DNA of 62,982 nt, the filler included, from Dugesia japonica (lineage: Eukaryota): assembly GCA_001938525.1 (NCBI GenBank). It is 6 parts of 6 records of this genome, joined end to end, with 100 filler letters (N's around TTAATTAATTAA, not from the genome) between each part and the next. Parts side by side here need not be neighbours in the genome. Positions count along the whole stretch, not along the records: positions 1 to 11,942 come from MQRL01205673.1; 5 more parts are not named here. One strand, written 5' to 3'. Of the stretch, positions 1 to 12,042 are shown piece by piece. Within the stretch, counting starts at the first letter, position 1, and each line of letters opens with the position of its first letter. The notes beneath the pieces are model-generated. The model saw only the letters and a program-made list of their open reading frames with translations, searched no databases and was not told where the DNA came from. A program made the position numbers and the translations under genes.

Positions 1-1314
1 CTAACCAACCTCAAAAACCTCCATTTTGTTCTGTTTTTGCTTTTATTCCTTTTCTAATTAGGTGTGAAGGCCAAGTCAGTAAGTAGATAGTGCACCAATG
101 GAACAACCGATCTGTATCCCACTCAATCAATAGACTTTCTCAAATAATTTACAATAAAACCGCATTATAATCTTATGGTGCCATATCAGGACTATATGGT
201 GGGTGTGGTAGTAAGTCTAAGCCAATTCCTANTAGTTTTTGTCGACTCATTAAAGATGTGTGAAGTTTTGTGTTGTGAGAGAAAACAACACCTCCGAAAT
301 TTTGGATGTTTCTGTTGCGATGAATCATTTATTTAATTTATTTTCTAATAGTCAACATTTGAGTCGATTGTATTGTTAACTAGTAAGAGTTCAAAATATA
401 CAATTCTATTATAAAATAACATTTTTCTGATGAGTTCCGCCCTTTCGTGCTGTTTTAGATGACTCACTAAGGTTAGACCATGATCTTTTACGTTTTACAT
501 TAATTTAACATTATTATTAACAAAATTCATTTTTTATTTCCTGTTATGAGGTTTTCAAAAATGATTTGGTCTGAATACTTCGTAAGAGTATATCGCCGAT
601 ATTCATTATTTGCATTAAATGAATTGACTCCAAATATCNAACTTCTTTATTTATACAAGCCTTTTCAATTGGTTACTATCAGTTGTGTTCGATAACTGTA
701 ATTGTCCTGCTATTTTACGGATCGTGGCGTGTCTATCAACTTCACAAAACTTTCACTTCGTCTTCAGAAGTTTCCGATGGCCAACCGGAATGGTGGTATT
801 TTTAAGTGAAAAATTTCCAGAAATAAATATTTTATACCAATTTTGGCAAACACAGTCTATTACTGCTTCAGAACACTACACGTCTCATATTTTTGTATGA
901 ACATTTGCAGCTGATTTGCCTTTAAAAATTAGAAAAGTAAAATTTGTCTAAAATGTACTCGTTTACTTCCCGTTTGAAAATCACGTCAAACAAATGCAAA
1001 CAAGTCAAATAAACTAAAATATTTAAACAAAATTAGCATTACTCATTATTATTAAAAATAAATATACGTTTTGAATTTATTATTTTCACAAATACATAAA
1101 AAGTTATTAAACCCGTGTGCCGTTAAAAACCGATAGAACTTTCTGAACAACCTAAAATTATCAAATAATATGTATATTTATGATATTTATTATATATAAT
1201 TGTATAGCTTGTTATTTATAATTCTGCGAACTTTTTTCACCTGATGTTTAATGAATTTTTCATTGCATTTCGTATTTCAAAATTCGATTTGTTATTTTTT
1301 TTAAATTTCTTTAG

Positions 1315-2286
1315 TTTGTAAGTAAAGAAGATCCAATTTTCGTTAATGATGAGAAGCAATTTCCAAATTATAATTATCACCCTAAAACGTTTGATTTGGA
1401 ACCTAAGGACTGTTATATATTTCAAAACGTACCTTTCGTTCATTCACGAGTCAGTTCAGAATATGTTCGCAATATCCCTGGTTTTTGGGGTACTAATCAT
1501 ATCAGACCCGGCGATCCTTGTGGTTTTAGTGTTCTCGGGGTAATTAACACAAATCTTAGTGCAAAATCCATGTCGGAATTTCTACCCGATCATCAAGAAA
1601 TTATTAATCGACATAATATCGCTAATGGTCTTCTCTCTGGTTTTACTTGGACTATGGCCCAAGCTCAAAACCAAGGTTTCAGTATCTATGATGAAATTAC
1701 ATACCCTTTCAGTGCTACTTTACTACTTACTGATGGTTGTAGTTTTCAATTATTGTATTATCAGTTGAATTCTATTTCATCTCTTTGGAAACCGGAAGAT
1801 GCTGGATTGCCTGTCAATATGATGTGGATTTCTCCGAAAATGCATCTTTTTAAATTAAATAATAAGAATGAAGTCGAAGCTATTAATGAACACGCTGTTC
1901 ATCAGCTTCTTTCTTGTATGTCATTACCTAAATCAATAATGACATCAGAAGAATTGCAACCGTATTTGAAAACTTCTGCAGCAAGAGATGTTGAAACTTA
2001 TATTTACGATTTTAATCAAGAAACAGCAACAGAAAGACAAATAGAAGAACATAAAAATCGAATAAGCGTCAGACAAGAGTCACCGTTTTCAGAACCTCAT
2101 CCGAACTTCATGTTTTATGTGGACGAGAACACTTCACTAACGATGAATCAAGAAATCCGGAAAATTATTCCTGGAATAGATAATCTTCCAGCGAAAATAT
2201 CCAGAAAGATTGATCTTTATCAATTGAAGAGAAAAAGGAGAGTTGGTAAAAAGAAGTTAATGCGCTATCCAACGAAATGGCAATAA
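1315..2286 (+). CDS. MRPS30: Terminal coding exon of a mitochondrial ribosomal protein S30 (mL65/PDCD9)-like gene; upstream exons not identified
   Basis: Pyrimidine tract plus AG acceptor (tttctttag, ending 1314) opens a frame FVSKEDPIF... continuous with ORF 1396..2286. Motifs NIPGFW..GDPCGFSVL, AQAQNQGFSIYDEITYPF and LLTDGCSFQLLYYQLN resemble MRPS30 family C-terminal motifs. AATAAA lies at about 2295. Confidence 0.75.
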   Translation, partial: FVSKEDPIFVNDEKQFPNYNYHPKTFDLEPKDCYIFQNVPFVHSRVSSEYVRNIPGFWGTNHIRPGDPCGFSVLGVINTNLSAKSMSEFLPDHQEIINRHNIANGLLSGFTWTMAQAQNQGFSIYDEITYPFSATLLLTDGCSFQLLYYQLNSISSLWKPEDAGLPVNMMWISPKMHLFKLNNKNEVEAINEHAVHQLLSCMSLPKSIMTSEELQPYLKTSAARDVETYIYDFNQETATERQIEEHKNRISVRQESPFSEPHPNFMFYVDENTSLTMNQEIRKIIPGIDNLPAKISRKIDLYQLKRKRRVGKKKLMRYPTKWQ

Positions 2287-2498
2287 ATTGTTATAATAAA
2301 AATTTCTCTTATTTTTCTCATTAAATCATTTATTATAAAATATTGTTTAAAAATTACTTTAATTTAATTTAATTTAATTAGTTTAATTTATTTTAATTTG
2401 TGACATTCTCAGCTTGTAAGAAATTAAAGGAAATTTTGTATTATACATTTCTATCTATATAGAGTAGTGTCACGCAATTTTCTTCGTATCGTGGTACA

Positions 2499-2805
2499 TA
2501 GGGTGCCAACACCTACAACCTCGAACCCGGCATATTATAAAATTGCAACCATTATAATTTATAACACTTAACAAACATAAATAATGGTTTTCATTTTTTT
2601 TTTGACAATGTTACAACTTACATATGATGATGTGTGTGATTATCACGATATGATGACTAATGCCAAAAAGTTATAAACAAAACAATCTTGTAAAAACGGA
2701 AAGACGGGAGTATTATATCTCCCGAGTCAGAGATAACGCCGAGACATCAGATGCAATCCATTTCCGGGAGACTCCCTCGCAAAAACGGGAGAATTTGTAA
2801 GCCTA
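2499..2805. mobile_element. Non-autonomous hAT-type MITE with 8-bp target-site duplication
   Basis: Flanked by an exact direct repeat GTGGTACA (2491-2498 and 2806-2813). Imperfect TIRs TAGGGTGCCAAC / TTTGTAAGCCTA. An 8-bp TSD is typical of hAT. Confidence 0.65.
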
Positions 2806-3857
2806 GTGGTACACCGAAAAACGAACAATTTTTTCGCAGCTCAGCCATAAAAACATAATTTTTAAAACGTGAGAAACAATATTTAATAAAAAAAATATTT
2901 TATTTAGTGTCGCCACACAATATTTAAAAGAAAAATCTTAAAACATGCTCAAAATCAGGTGACTGTTGAACATTTTCCCCGAAAAATTTAAAACTAAAAC
3001 AATCGGTTTTTCGAATTTTATATTTGTATTAAAAAACTGAAAAGCACATGTAGCTTTCGATATTTTCTTTAATTTTCGCAGTACACGAGTTTGTCGATAC
3101 TAATTAAACAAGGCGTGAGATTTTAAAGTTTTGCTTTGTTTTAAATGACTAAATTATGCTTATATATTAGTTAAAGTTTTTTGAAAATTTGATTATCATT
3201 AAAATTTCATATATTTAGATTGTAACTACTAAATTATAAAAGTTTTTGATCACCACACTTTTAAGTCTTTTTTAACCATAGGAACTTCCGTGTTTAGATT
3301 CATAATTTCATAAAGAGATCTTACAATAGTAGGGGGATTGTGTAGCATTTGAACATATCCTTTTCCCGCCGGCAAAGTGTTGTTTAATTTCGGTATTCTC
3401 TTTCCTCCTGTCTGGTGATGACCTCAGCTAATTGGTACTTGTATTGTTGCTCATTGTTCAATGTAAAATAACAATAGGTTTGATCTTGTGCTGCTGTTCT
3501 AAAATTGTAACCATTGAACTGGAATGAATGGTTTTAGAAAATAATAATATTTATTACTGAAAATAATAATTTCTAGAAATCTCTTTTGGACTTTGTAAAT
3601 AGGTATTTTTTACAATAATGAGTATAGATAATTTAATATGAATATCAAAATATAATTTAATTTCCTGTAAGCTTTTACCACATATAATCTTTATTTTTAA
3701 ATTCTATTCCTTTTTTGTTTATTGTGAAAATTACATGTTATGTAATTATTCACTTTTTTAAAATTTTTAACCATTGATCTCTGAATGAAAAAATAAAATA
3801 TTTTCAAAATTACGAAAATAAAGTTTCAAAAAAATGTTTTTAATTCTTTATTAAAGT

Positions 3858-4620
3858 GTTGGGGTGAAACACCCGAGTTAAAGAAATAAAATAAGTAGGG
3901 TCCCGAAACTGATGTTATGATAGATTTATTAAAGAAATAATGCAAGGAGAATCCCTAATAATGAGATAAATAACCAATTAATAATAATTTTGAATTAATT
4001 AGAAAAAATATGATTACAAATAATTAAATTATGATTAATCAGGAAGAAATTCAAAAAATAATAATAAATAATATGGAAAGTAACGAAGATCAGCAAACGA
4101 AAGAATTATAACCATAAATAATTAAGAAAAGATTCAGAATGATATTAAAAACTAATGGAAATTAAGAAAATAAAGAAAAATATTAATTAATAAGTACACT
4201 AAAAGAAAGGTCAATTAACCAGAAAAGTGAAAAGGGGAGTAGTTTTGTTCCAGATAACCCTAAAACAATGGGATATGAAAAATTAAACTGATCAGAACGA
4301 GAAGAATCCAATTTTATTAAAGTTGCAAAGCCCGCACTTTTAGGAAAGCTTAGAAAATGGTTTAAAGTTTAAGCCAATGAGAGACCAGAAAAAATACGAA
4401 AAAGAAAGACATAGGAATCAATTGGTTACCTTAAATAACCACCAATAAAACACAGAGAATAATAGAAAAGTCTAAAATTAAGGCAAGGAACCAATAAGAA
4501 GTCAAAGAAAAAATCTAAAAATAATGGCCCAATTGGAACCAAGTCGGGGTGCAATCAGAACGGTATTTAAACCCCCAAATATTAGCACAAGAGGTCTAAT
4601 TTTTTAGTGTTAATTTACAG
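3858..4620 (+). repeat. LTR-like (U3) segment with four CCAAT boxes and a TATA-like box
   Basis: Begins TGTTGGGG. CCAAT occurs four times between about 4370 and 4535, then TATTTAAACCCCC. Colinear with the reverse complement of about 10300-10610. Confidence 0.4.
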
Positions 4621-5619
4621 TAAAGTAGACAATCAAGTTTAAAGTTAAAGTCACATAGTCATTATTGCTACGAACTACAAGAAAAAGTTGTTATCATTAC
4701 GTTGCAGAATTCGACAATTATCAAGTAAATTTTGTGTTTAATTTACTTAGGTTATGTTAAAAAATAAAAATTATTATGAAAAGGTTTATTCAAATTAATT
4801 ATTCTTAGAAATATCGTTGAATGAATCACTCCCTGGTTTGTTATAGATAAACTCACTAGACTCATGATATGTGCTTAAGTTCACTTAACTGTTAATTTCT
4901 CTCATAGCTGAGATTCGCAGACAATGAAAATTGCTGGATCGTTTTTAATGCTTTTCTGCAGTAATATTCTAATAATTCCAAGTCATCCTCGTTATCACAG
5001 ATATACACGATAGCAAATAAAGGCACTACATTGTTCGCCTTAATGTACTGTTCAACAAAACTACCGACTTCATATTATTCAACTCACCGCGGCCAAATAA
5101 TTTGCATTTGGCTCTCACCAACAAATAATAATTGTGACGATCGTAACTGAACCAAGAGATTTTCGACGAATCCATCGCACACTAACTAGATAACTAGATA
5201 CTAGCAAACAATTTAACTAATTGACACACTATGGTGATTTAATTACTGATATCAGTCGCAACCGACTCTTGTTGACAAATTATTTCACTAGCATTTGCTT
5301 TCAAAGGATTGATCTTGTAAACACTAATTTAATTATTCTATCTATTAATCTCTTATTGTTTTTCCGGTTAAAAAATCGTAGGCAATCACTGTGAATGCGG
5401 TAGTGAATCAGCTCACTAATAATGTAATCACTGACATCAGACTATTTCTCATTTTCATCACTAGGAATTCTAATATCATTGCAGGTATTATTATAAATAC
5501 GAATACTATTGTCGTCGGTGTTGCTCTAGTCACGGATTAGGATTGATGTTGTTAAAGATTGTATTTGAGCGATGCATGACCAATTAATTTTATTATCCTG
5601 TATTATTTTTGTCCAATGA

Positions 5620-8600
5620 AAGGAAAAATAGGGTGCTGGGATGGTCACACGAGACGGACACATACGGTGGTTTTGTCAAGAAAAAGAAAAAATTAAGTAT
5701 ATACGCGATGTTTCTTTAGACGATGATGATAAAAACGATCAGCAACCTACTGCATCCATCTCCTCAGTAAGGTTGCAATAAGAGAAAAAATACTCCAAGA
5801 AGAAAAATTGATGTTAGATGATAAGATGTTTCAGAAGAGAGATGGAAGAGAATGGAGTTTTATGCGTTGCAATGAATATGACATTGAGATGTTGTGGGAT
5901 TCAGGAGAAGCAATATCAGTCATGAGCGCGGATGTGTGGAGAAAAGTTGGATCTATCGTCTTCACACATTGTTCTAGCAGGAGTGTTTTCTAAAAAAAGG
6001 AGAAAAATGTATCGAGAAAACTAAACTGAAATTACAATGGAATGGGAAACTTAGAGAAAAAGAAGTAATAATTGTTAGAAATATTTATCCAAAATTTATC
6101 GGAGGTATTGATATAATGAAGCTCTTTGGAATGAAAATCACTGAAGTTAATTTTATTAACTCAAACGATGGAAATCTATTTACCAATAATACAGAAAAAG
6201 TGAAAAATGACTTTAATAGTTCAAATAATTTCAGTCAAGAAGTAAGAAAAATGATAGAAACTTACACAATTATATTTATGTCATCAAACTTTGATCTTGG
6301 ATATACGAAACTGATGCAACATAACATTGAAACGACAGGACCTCCAATAATGATAAAACTGAGAAGACAGCCAATGTACTTGGAAAATAAAATAGATGAA
6401 TTGTTAGAAAATCTTAGAAAATCATATATTATAAGAAGTTACAGATGTCCATGGAATTCCCCATTGGTAATTGTACCAAAGAAAGATGGGACGATAAAAA
6501 TGTGTCTTGATTTTAGAAAATTGAATTCAATTACAGAAAAGTATTCGTTTCCAGTTCCAGATATTCAACTATTATTAGATACGCTTGAAGGATCAGTTTT
6601 ATTTTCTTCTTAAGATTTGGGCCAAGTATATTATCAAATTAAACTAAGCAAAGAATCAAAACTAAAGACGCCTTTAGTACAAAGATGTGTCAAGTTTGTT
6701 TTACTCGAATGCCCTTAGGATTATGTACTGCACTAGCAACATTTTAAAGCTTAATGCATTTAATATTTGAAGGAATGTTGTACAAAGGAGTATTAGTATA
6801 TCTAGATGATATTTTAACATATGGTAAAACTAAAGAAGAGCACGACAAACGAGTTGGTAAGGTTTGTCAGCTACTAAAAATGCGGGTATAAAAATTAATC
6901 CAAGTAAATGTGTGTTCAATTCCAAGAACCTGAAATTTTTAGGACATACAATTAGCACTAAAGATGTAGAGACAAATGATGAAACCATCAACAAAATTCG
7001 AGAAGCCGTAACGCCAAAATGCGCTACGCAAATACGAGCGTTCTTAGGATTAACAAATTATTACAGAAATTTTATAAAAGATTATGCTTTACTTGTAGCA
7101 CCATTGTATGCAGCGACGACAGGACAAGAAAAGAACATTGAATGGACAAAAGAATGTGAGGATAATTTTCAATCTTTGAATATAAAATTTTGTAGTGCTT
7201 TAATTTTGACTTTCCCAAATAATATGGGCGAAATAATATTGGATACTGATGCTAGTTTTTGAGCAATTTAAGGGGTTTTGAGTCAAATAACATATAATGG
7301 TTTGAAACAGGTCATAGCATATGGTTCTTGAACTTTAAACAATCACGAAAAAGGATATCGTGTTACTCGCAAGGAATTGTTTGCTCTGGATGAGTTTATG
7401 ATGTATTTTAAACACTATTTGTATGGCAAGAAATTTAGAGGAAGAACGGATCATAAAGATTGACTTTTATGACAAAGACTAGTAAACTCACCAGTTCTCA
7501 GTTTCAAACATGGATAACAAATCTAGCAGAATTTAATTTTGAACTAGAATTTTGAAAAGGAGCAGCTCGTGGAAATGCTGATGGACTTTCAAGGATATGA
7601 GAGAGCCTTTGTTCACAATGCCAGACTATACATCAAGATGCCAAAGGGGAATGATCTCGAGTTAAAAGAATCAACACTTTAGACAAAACAATTTTTGATA
7701 GCAGCCATATTAAAGAAGTACAGAGAAATGATCCAATAACGAGAGAAATCATTGAATATATTGAAAGTGAAATGATAAATAATAAGCTCAGCACAATGGT
7801 GACCAAAAGTAAATATTTTTCCAAACTGAAAAAGTTTGAATTGGATAAGGAGATACTGATTATCAATAAAGGAAACAAGAAAAGAATTATACTGGCAGGT
7901 ATATCGATACCTAATCTTATAGATTTTATACACGAGGAATTACGTCATGTGGAAGACCAAAAACTGACGGAGTATTTGAGTGTAAGTTATTTTTGGTCAA
8001 ATATGCAAAGAAATGTAGAACATCAACTAAAAAAATGTATGATATGTAACATGCGTAAAACATACACTGGGCGAACAAAAGAATTTCTTATTCCAAGAAC
8101 AGAATTTGGACCACTAGAACAGATTATTATGAATATCGCTTACTTTCCAGAAGTGAAAACCAAAAAGAAATATGTTCTCGTCATGGTTGACAGGTATAGT
8201 AAGTTAGTATCATTCATAGTAAACAGGATGAAACTTCGGTAGTTGAGGCAATAAAGGAAAACTGGTAAGCAAAAATGTTTAAAGGAAAGTTAATGTGGTC
8301 ACTTGCTGAGAAGTTTGAAATTCAACAAGAATTTTCGTCCACATATAAACATCAATCAAATGGTTTAGCAGAAAGAAATATTAGAACACTTTGCGATATA
8401 ATGGTAACTACGATATAAAACGGCTGCACTGAATCTGGTTGGGACAAATTACTTCCATGAATTCAGTTTGTAATAAATACAACACAACAAAAATCAACGG
8501 GTCTATCTCCTTTTAAAATTATCTTTGGAAGAAGGATAGTCTTACACGGATTACCAAAAGAAGGAAATCCGAAACTTGAAAAAATGAAAGAACTGGCAGA

Positions 8601-8800
8601 TGAATATTTACAGAAAGGAGCTCAAAACTTAAGCAAATACGAATGTGAAAAACGAACGTCCAACAGGTATGAGGGTCCTTACAAATTTAGTAAATTTATA
8701 AGCCCACATCAGGTACTTATAGATTATGCAGGACAGCTTAAACCGAGAAGACTTGAATGGAAAAAGTTCAACGAAACATCGGAGGTCTGTTTCGTCTAGG
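5620..8800 (+). mobile_element. Degenerate Ty3/Gypsy LTR retrotransposon internal region (gag zinc knuckle, PR, RT, RNase H, INT) with many stops and frameshifts
   Basis: Decayed knuckle CW..RDGHIRWFC (~5635); protease LWDSG; RT PWNSPLVIVPKKDGTIKMCLDFRKLN and YLDD (~6800); RAFLGLTNYYR; RNase H LDTDASF; integrase H..H..CMIC and VMVDRYSK; C-terminal RYEGPY. The order PR-RT-RH-INT is Gypsy. Confidence 0.93.
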
Positions 8801-10299
8801 TGCAGAATCAAGGTTGGGGCTAAGATGTGCCCGATTAGTTGTTTCTTTCTCGATCGCACTCGTTCTTGTTGGATTACTCAGAGAGTTATTACCAAGAAGT
8901 CAGACATGATTAAGGTGAATTCTAAGAGATTTATCTAGTTCGTGTAGGTGGGTAATTTGACAGCTTTTGCTATACTCGAATTTTATCTCGAATGCAATGC
9001 CGACAAAAATACACTAAATTATAACGTCCGGTGTTTGCATCGAGAAACAAAATTTTTTTTTTATAATAATGAGAATAATAATAGGATGAATAATAATGAT
9101 AGTAATTAAATTGGTGATTATACTAAGGATAATAATAATAATAGGGATACTAGAGGATGATGATAGTAATAATAATAATAAGGATTCTAACAATAGATTT
9201 TGATGGTGAATATAATACTAATAGTGATTATATAAAGGATAATATCGTTAATAATAATGTTAATAGGTGTACTAATTAATAGTAGACTAAATATTAGAAA
9301 GTTTCATCAATAGGATTGAAAACACTAATATTCATAACGTGCAATTATAATAATCTTGATATTAATGATACATTAATAATAATATTAATAATAAGACTAA
9401 TAACTATGAAAATAATAAAAATGATAATAATAGTTATATCTTTTATGTCAATAATAGTATTGATCATGAGGATATAATAATAGTCATGTTCCGTTCGTTC
9501 CTAAAATCAGAAAGTGGATAGCCTTCTTAATATAATTACTCCTTCAGCGTTGCTTAATACGTCAATATTGATGCATAAATTTTTAAATAGAGTTGTTAAC
9601 AAACCCGAACAAGGCCTTTTGATTATTCAATCACAAGAATAGATAGATCATAGCTTAATTTTCATATAATGACTAACTTTAAGCCACGACAAGTGAGTGA
9701 TGTATGTTTAAGTGGTGTTGGTGTGTCTGGCTGTTATACACATTTCCTAATTGAAATTTATTGTGACTGTAGTTGAGGACAAGCGTTTGATAACAATTTA
9801 TTTTAGAGGAACAGATTTTTTTGTACCGATCATTTACTAATTTTCTGAAAAAATTTATCTAGATGCATAACCACTTATTTTAAAGTTTCAGATCTGTAAA
9901 AGTACAAGGTGATCGCCGACGGGCGTTGGTGAGATTGCGGATTAGATCATCATTAATTTAATGTGATAGTTTTATGGAAACAAAATATAACACAAATTCA
10001 TAATCTAAACAATATTTATTAACTCGCCATACGCTACATTAAATAAAATTGACAAAAAAAATAAATATAAAACATACTCACTCGTAAAGGTGTCTACTGC
10101 AAACAGGATTTTTTAAGCAAATAATGGATTGTTAATTCTCTGCAATTAATTTCTTCCTGGTTTAGTATTTCCCAAGACTTGATGATTTTTTCTTCTAAAA
10201 TTTAATTGTTAAATTAACCAGTTATCAGCTAATAAGTCAACCATTGAAAAGTGTTTATTGTTTTTCTTCGATAGTTATTCCAATTTAATTCCACAATAA

Positions 10300-10945
10300 C
10301 TGATTTGCTGATTTACGCAATTGATTACCGAATTAATAACAAAATTTTAAGGGATTTTTCGTCTAAAATTTGGGGGGTTTTATAGCGTTTTCCAATGCAT
10401 CTCGGCACCATCGCCATTGGCTTTCTATTTTTAATTCAAATTTCTCGTTTTCTATTGGTGATGGTGCTGATTTTCGAAATTTTTCCAAGACTTTTAGATT
10501 GGTGGCTATTTTTAAGTCACCATGTGATTTTCTGTTCTTTGTTTTATTTTTGTTTTCTGGATGGCAATTGGTGGAAATTTAAAAACCTTCTCAAGACCCT
10601 TCTGGTGATTATAAACTTTTCTTGTTATGAAAACTTATAGCCCTGCATCATTTACTTCTCAGATTTTCTTATTACAGGCCTCCATGATTCTCCTGAGTGG
10701 AGTTATCTTTAAAAAACAGATTTTTCTTTAATTTATTTTGTTTTTTGCAATAAATTAATTAATTTTTTCCTGATTATTTTCTAATTTTCTTTTCTAATAA
10801 TTATGAACTTCTTAATTAGCAATTTAATTTCAACCACTATGTTACACATTTAATGACTTCTTTCAGTATTTTATCTTTTACCCAATTTTATATCAATGAG
10901 TAGTCTTAAAACTACAGTTTCCACCCAAGGTTGTACCCTACGCTC
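10300..10945 (-). repeat. LTR-like (U3) segment related to 3858-4620, in opposite orientation
   Basis: The reverse complement has four CCAAT boxes followed by TATAAACCCCCCAAATTTTAG, colinear with about 4345-4600. Confidence 0.4.
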
Positions 10946-11249
10946 ATAGATGCATTGGTTTACTTTCGTAAATTATAAATAGTAAAATAGCATAGGATAA
11001 ATAACCGCGCGTAAACCGTAGTTTTACAACTACTTACGGTATTATTTTGATTTTTGAATTTTTGAATTTGGATTTTTAAAATAAATAATTTATTAGTTAT
11101 TATTATTTTTATTAATAAATATGAAGGAGAGATAAAAAGAGGTTACGCAGCTAAAGCGATTTACCAAATTATACAGTAAAAACTTCAAACTCAAAATAAG
11201 AACCTTTAANGTAGTTATTTTTTATACAACCAAATTATTTATTTATAAA

Positions 11250-11643
11250 ATGAGTAGCTTCGCCAACACGAGTTCCTCAAATGAAATGACTTTTCAAAGA
11301 CCCATGAGTTCTTCGGCGTTAATCTTAAATGTTCTGTTTGTAACAAAACTTTTAAAAATAACGCGGGGTTGTTGTCAAATATTCAATCACAAACATGTAC
11401 AAGATTAAGAAACATGTTTTATAAATGTAATTTATGTTTCAAAAGATTAGCAATGAAAAAGGCTTGCGTTTACATAAAAACTCCACGAATTGTTCTCCAG
11501 GGGTGGGATTTAGTGTATTTCCATTATTTTATAATATCTGTAATTTAAAATTTACTAGACAAAACCATGCAAAATCTCATTTTAACAGTGATTTACATAA
11601 AAAGCAAGTTTTAAAAACAAAAGAAGAAGAAACTAAAAAATAA
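11250..11643 (+). pseudogene. Frameshifted multi-zinc-finger (C2HC/C2H2-like) ORF remnant
   Basis: Translated pieces: LKCSVCNKTFKNNAGLLSNIQSQTC, YKCNLCFKR..NEKGLRLHKNSTNC, NICNLKFTRQNHAKSHFNSDLH. Confidence 0.6.
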
Positions 11644-11730
11644 TAGATGAATTACCTTGAGATGAAGAAATTGATTTTGAAATGAATGAAACAAGAAAAT
11701 TATTTAAACATTTAAAAAATATAAAGTATT

Positions 11731-11942
11731 AGTAGATAGATAGGAGGACACTAGAACAAAGTAGGTCGACGGGGGTCCCCCGTTGCCATGGCAACCAATG
11801 TAGGCCAAGGTCGTTGCCATGGCAACCACCTTAGCAACGGTATCTAGGTCATTGGCTACCATCGCAAACGCCTTAGCAACGGTATCGAGGATGTTGGTTA
11901 CCATGGCAACCGTCCTTAGCAACGGAAACTAGGTCAAGGTCG
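11731..11942 (+). repeat. Element terminus AGTAGATAGAT followed by ~40-bp subterminal repeats containing RFX X-box palindromes; truncated by gap
   Basis: GTTGCCATGGCAAC twice, GTTACCATGGCAAC once, repeated CCTTAGCAACGG and AGGTCA. The first 27 nt closely match the reverse complement of 15689-15715. Confidence 0.6.
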
Positions 11943-12042
11943 NNNNNNNNNNNNNNNNNNNNNNNNNNNNNNNNNNNNNNNNNNNNTTAATTAATTAANN
12001 NNNNNNNNNNNNNNNNNNNNNNNNNNNNNNNNNNNNNNNNNN
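11943..12042. other. Artificial scaffold-joining spacer (N44-TTAATTAATTAA-N44); same spacer centred at 21620, 30472, 38916 and 53984
   Basis: Identical six-frame-stop 12-mer centred in N runs five times. Confidence 0.95.

Noticed and set aside
546-900. Upstream exon(s) of MRPS30 or 71-aa ORF 685..900
   Set aside because: Frames close quickly, there is no family similarity, and no convincing in-phase donor was found.
9060-9480. Asn-rich coding region
   Set aside because: Degenerate (AAT)n low-complexity sequence with frequent stops; similar tracts at about 38020-38220.
11704-11922. 72-aa VAMAT-repeat ORF
   Set aside because: By-product of the X-box palindrome repeats (GTTGCCATGGCAAC).
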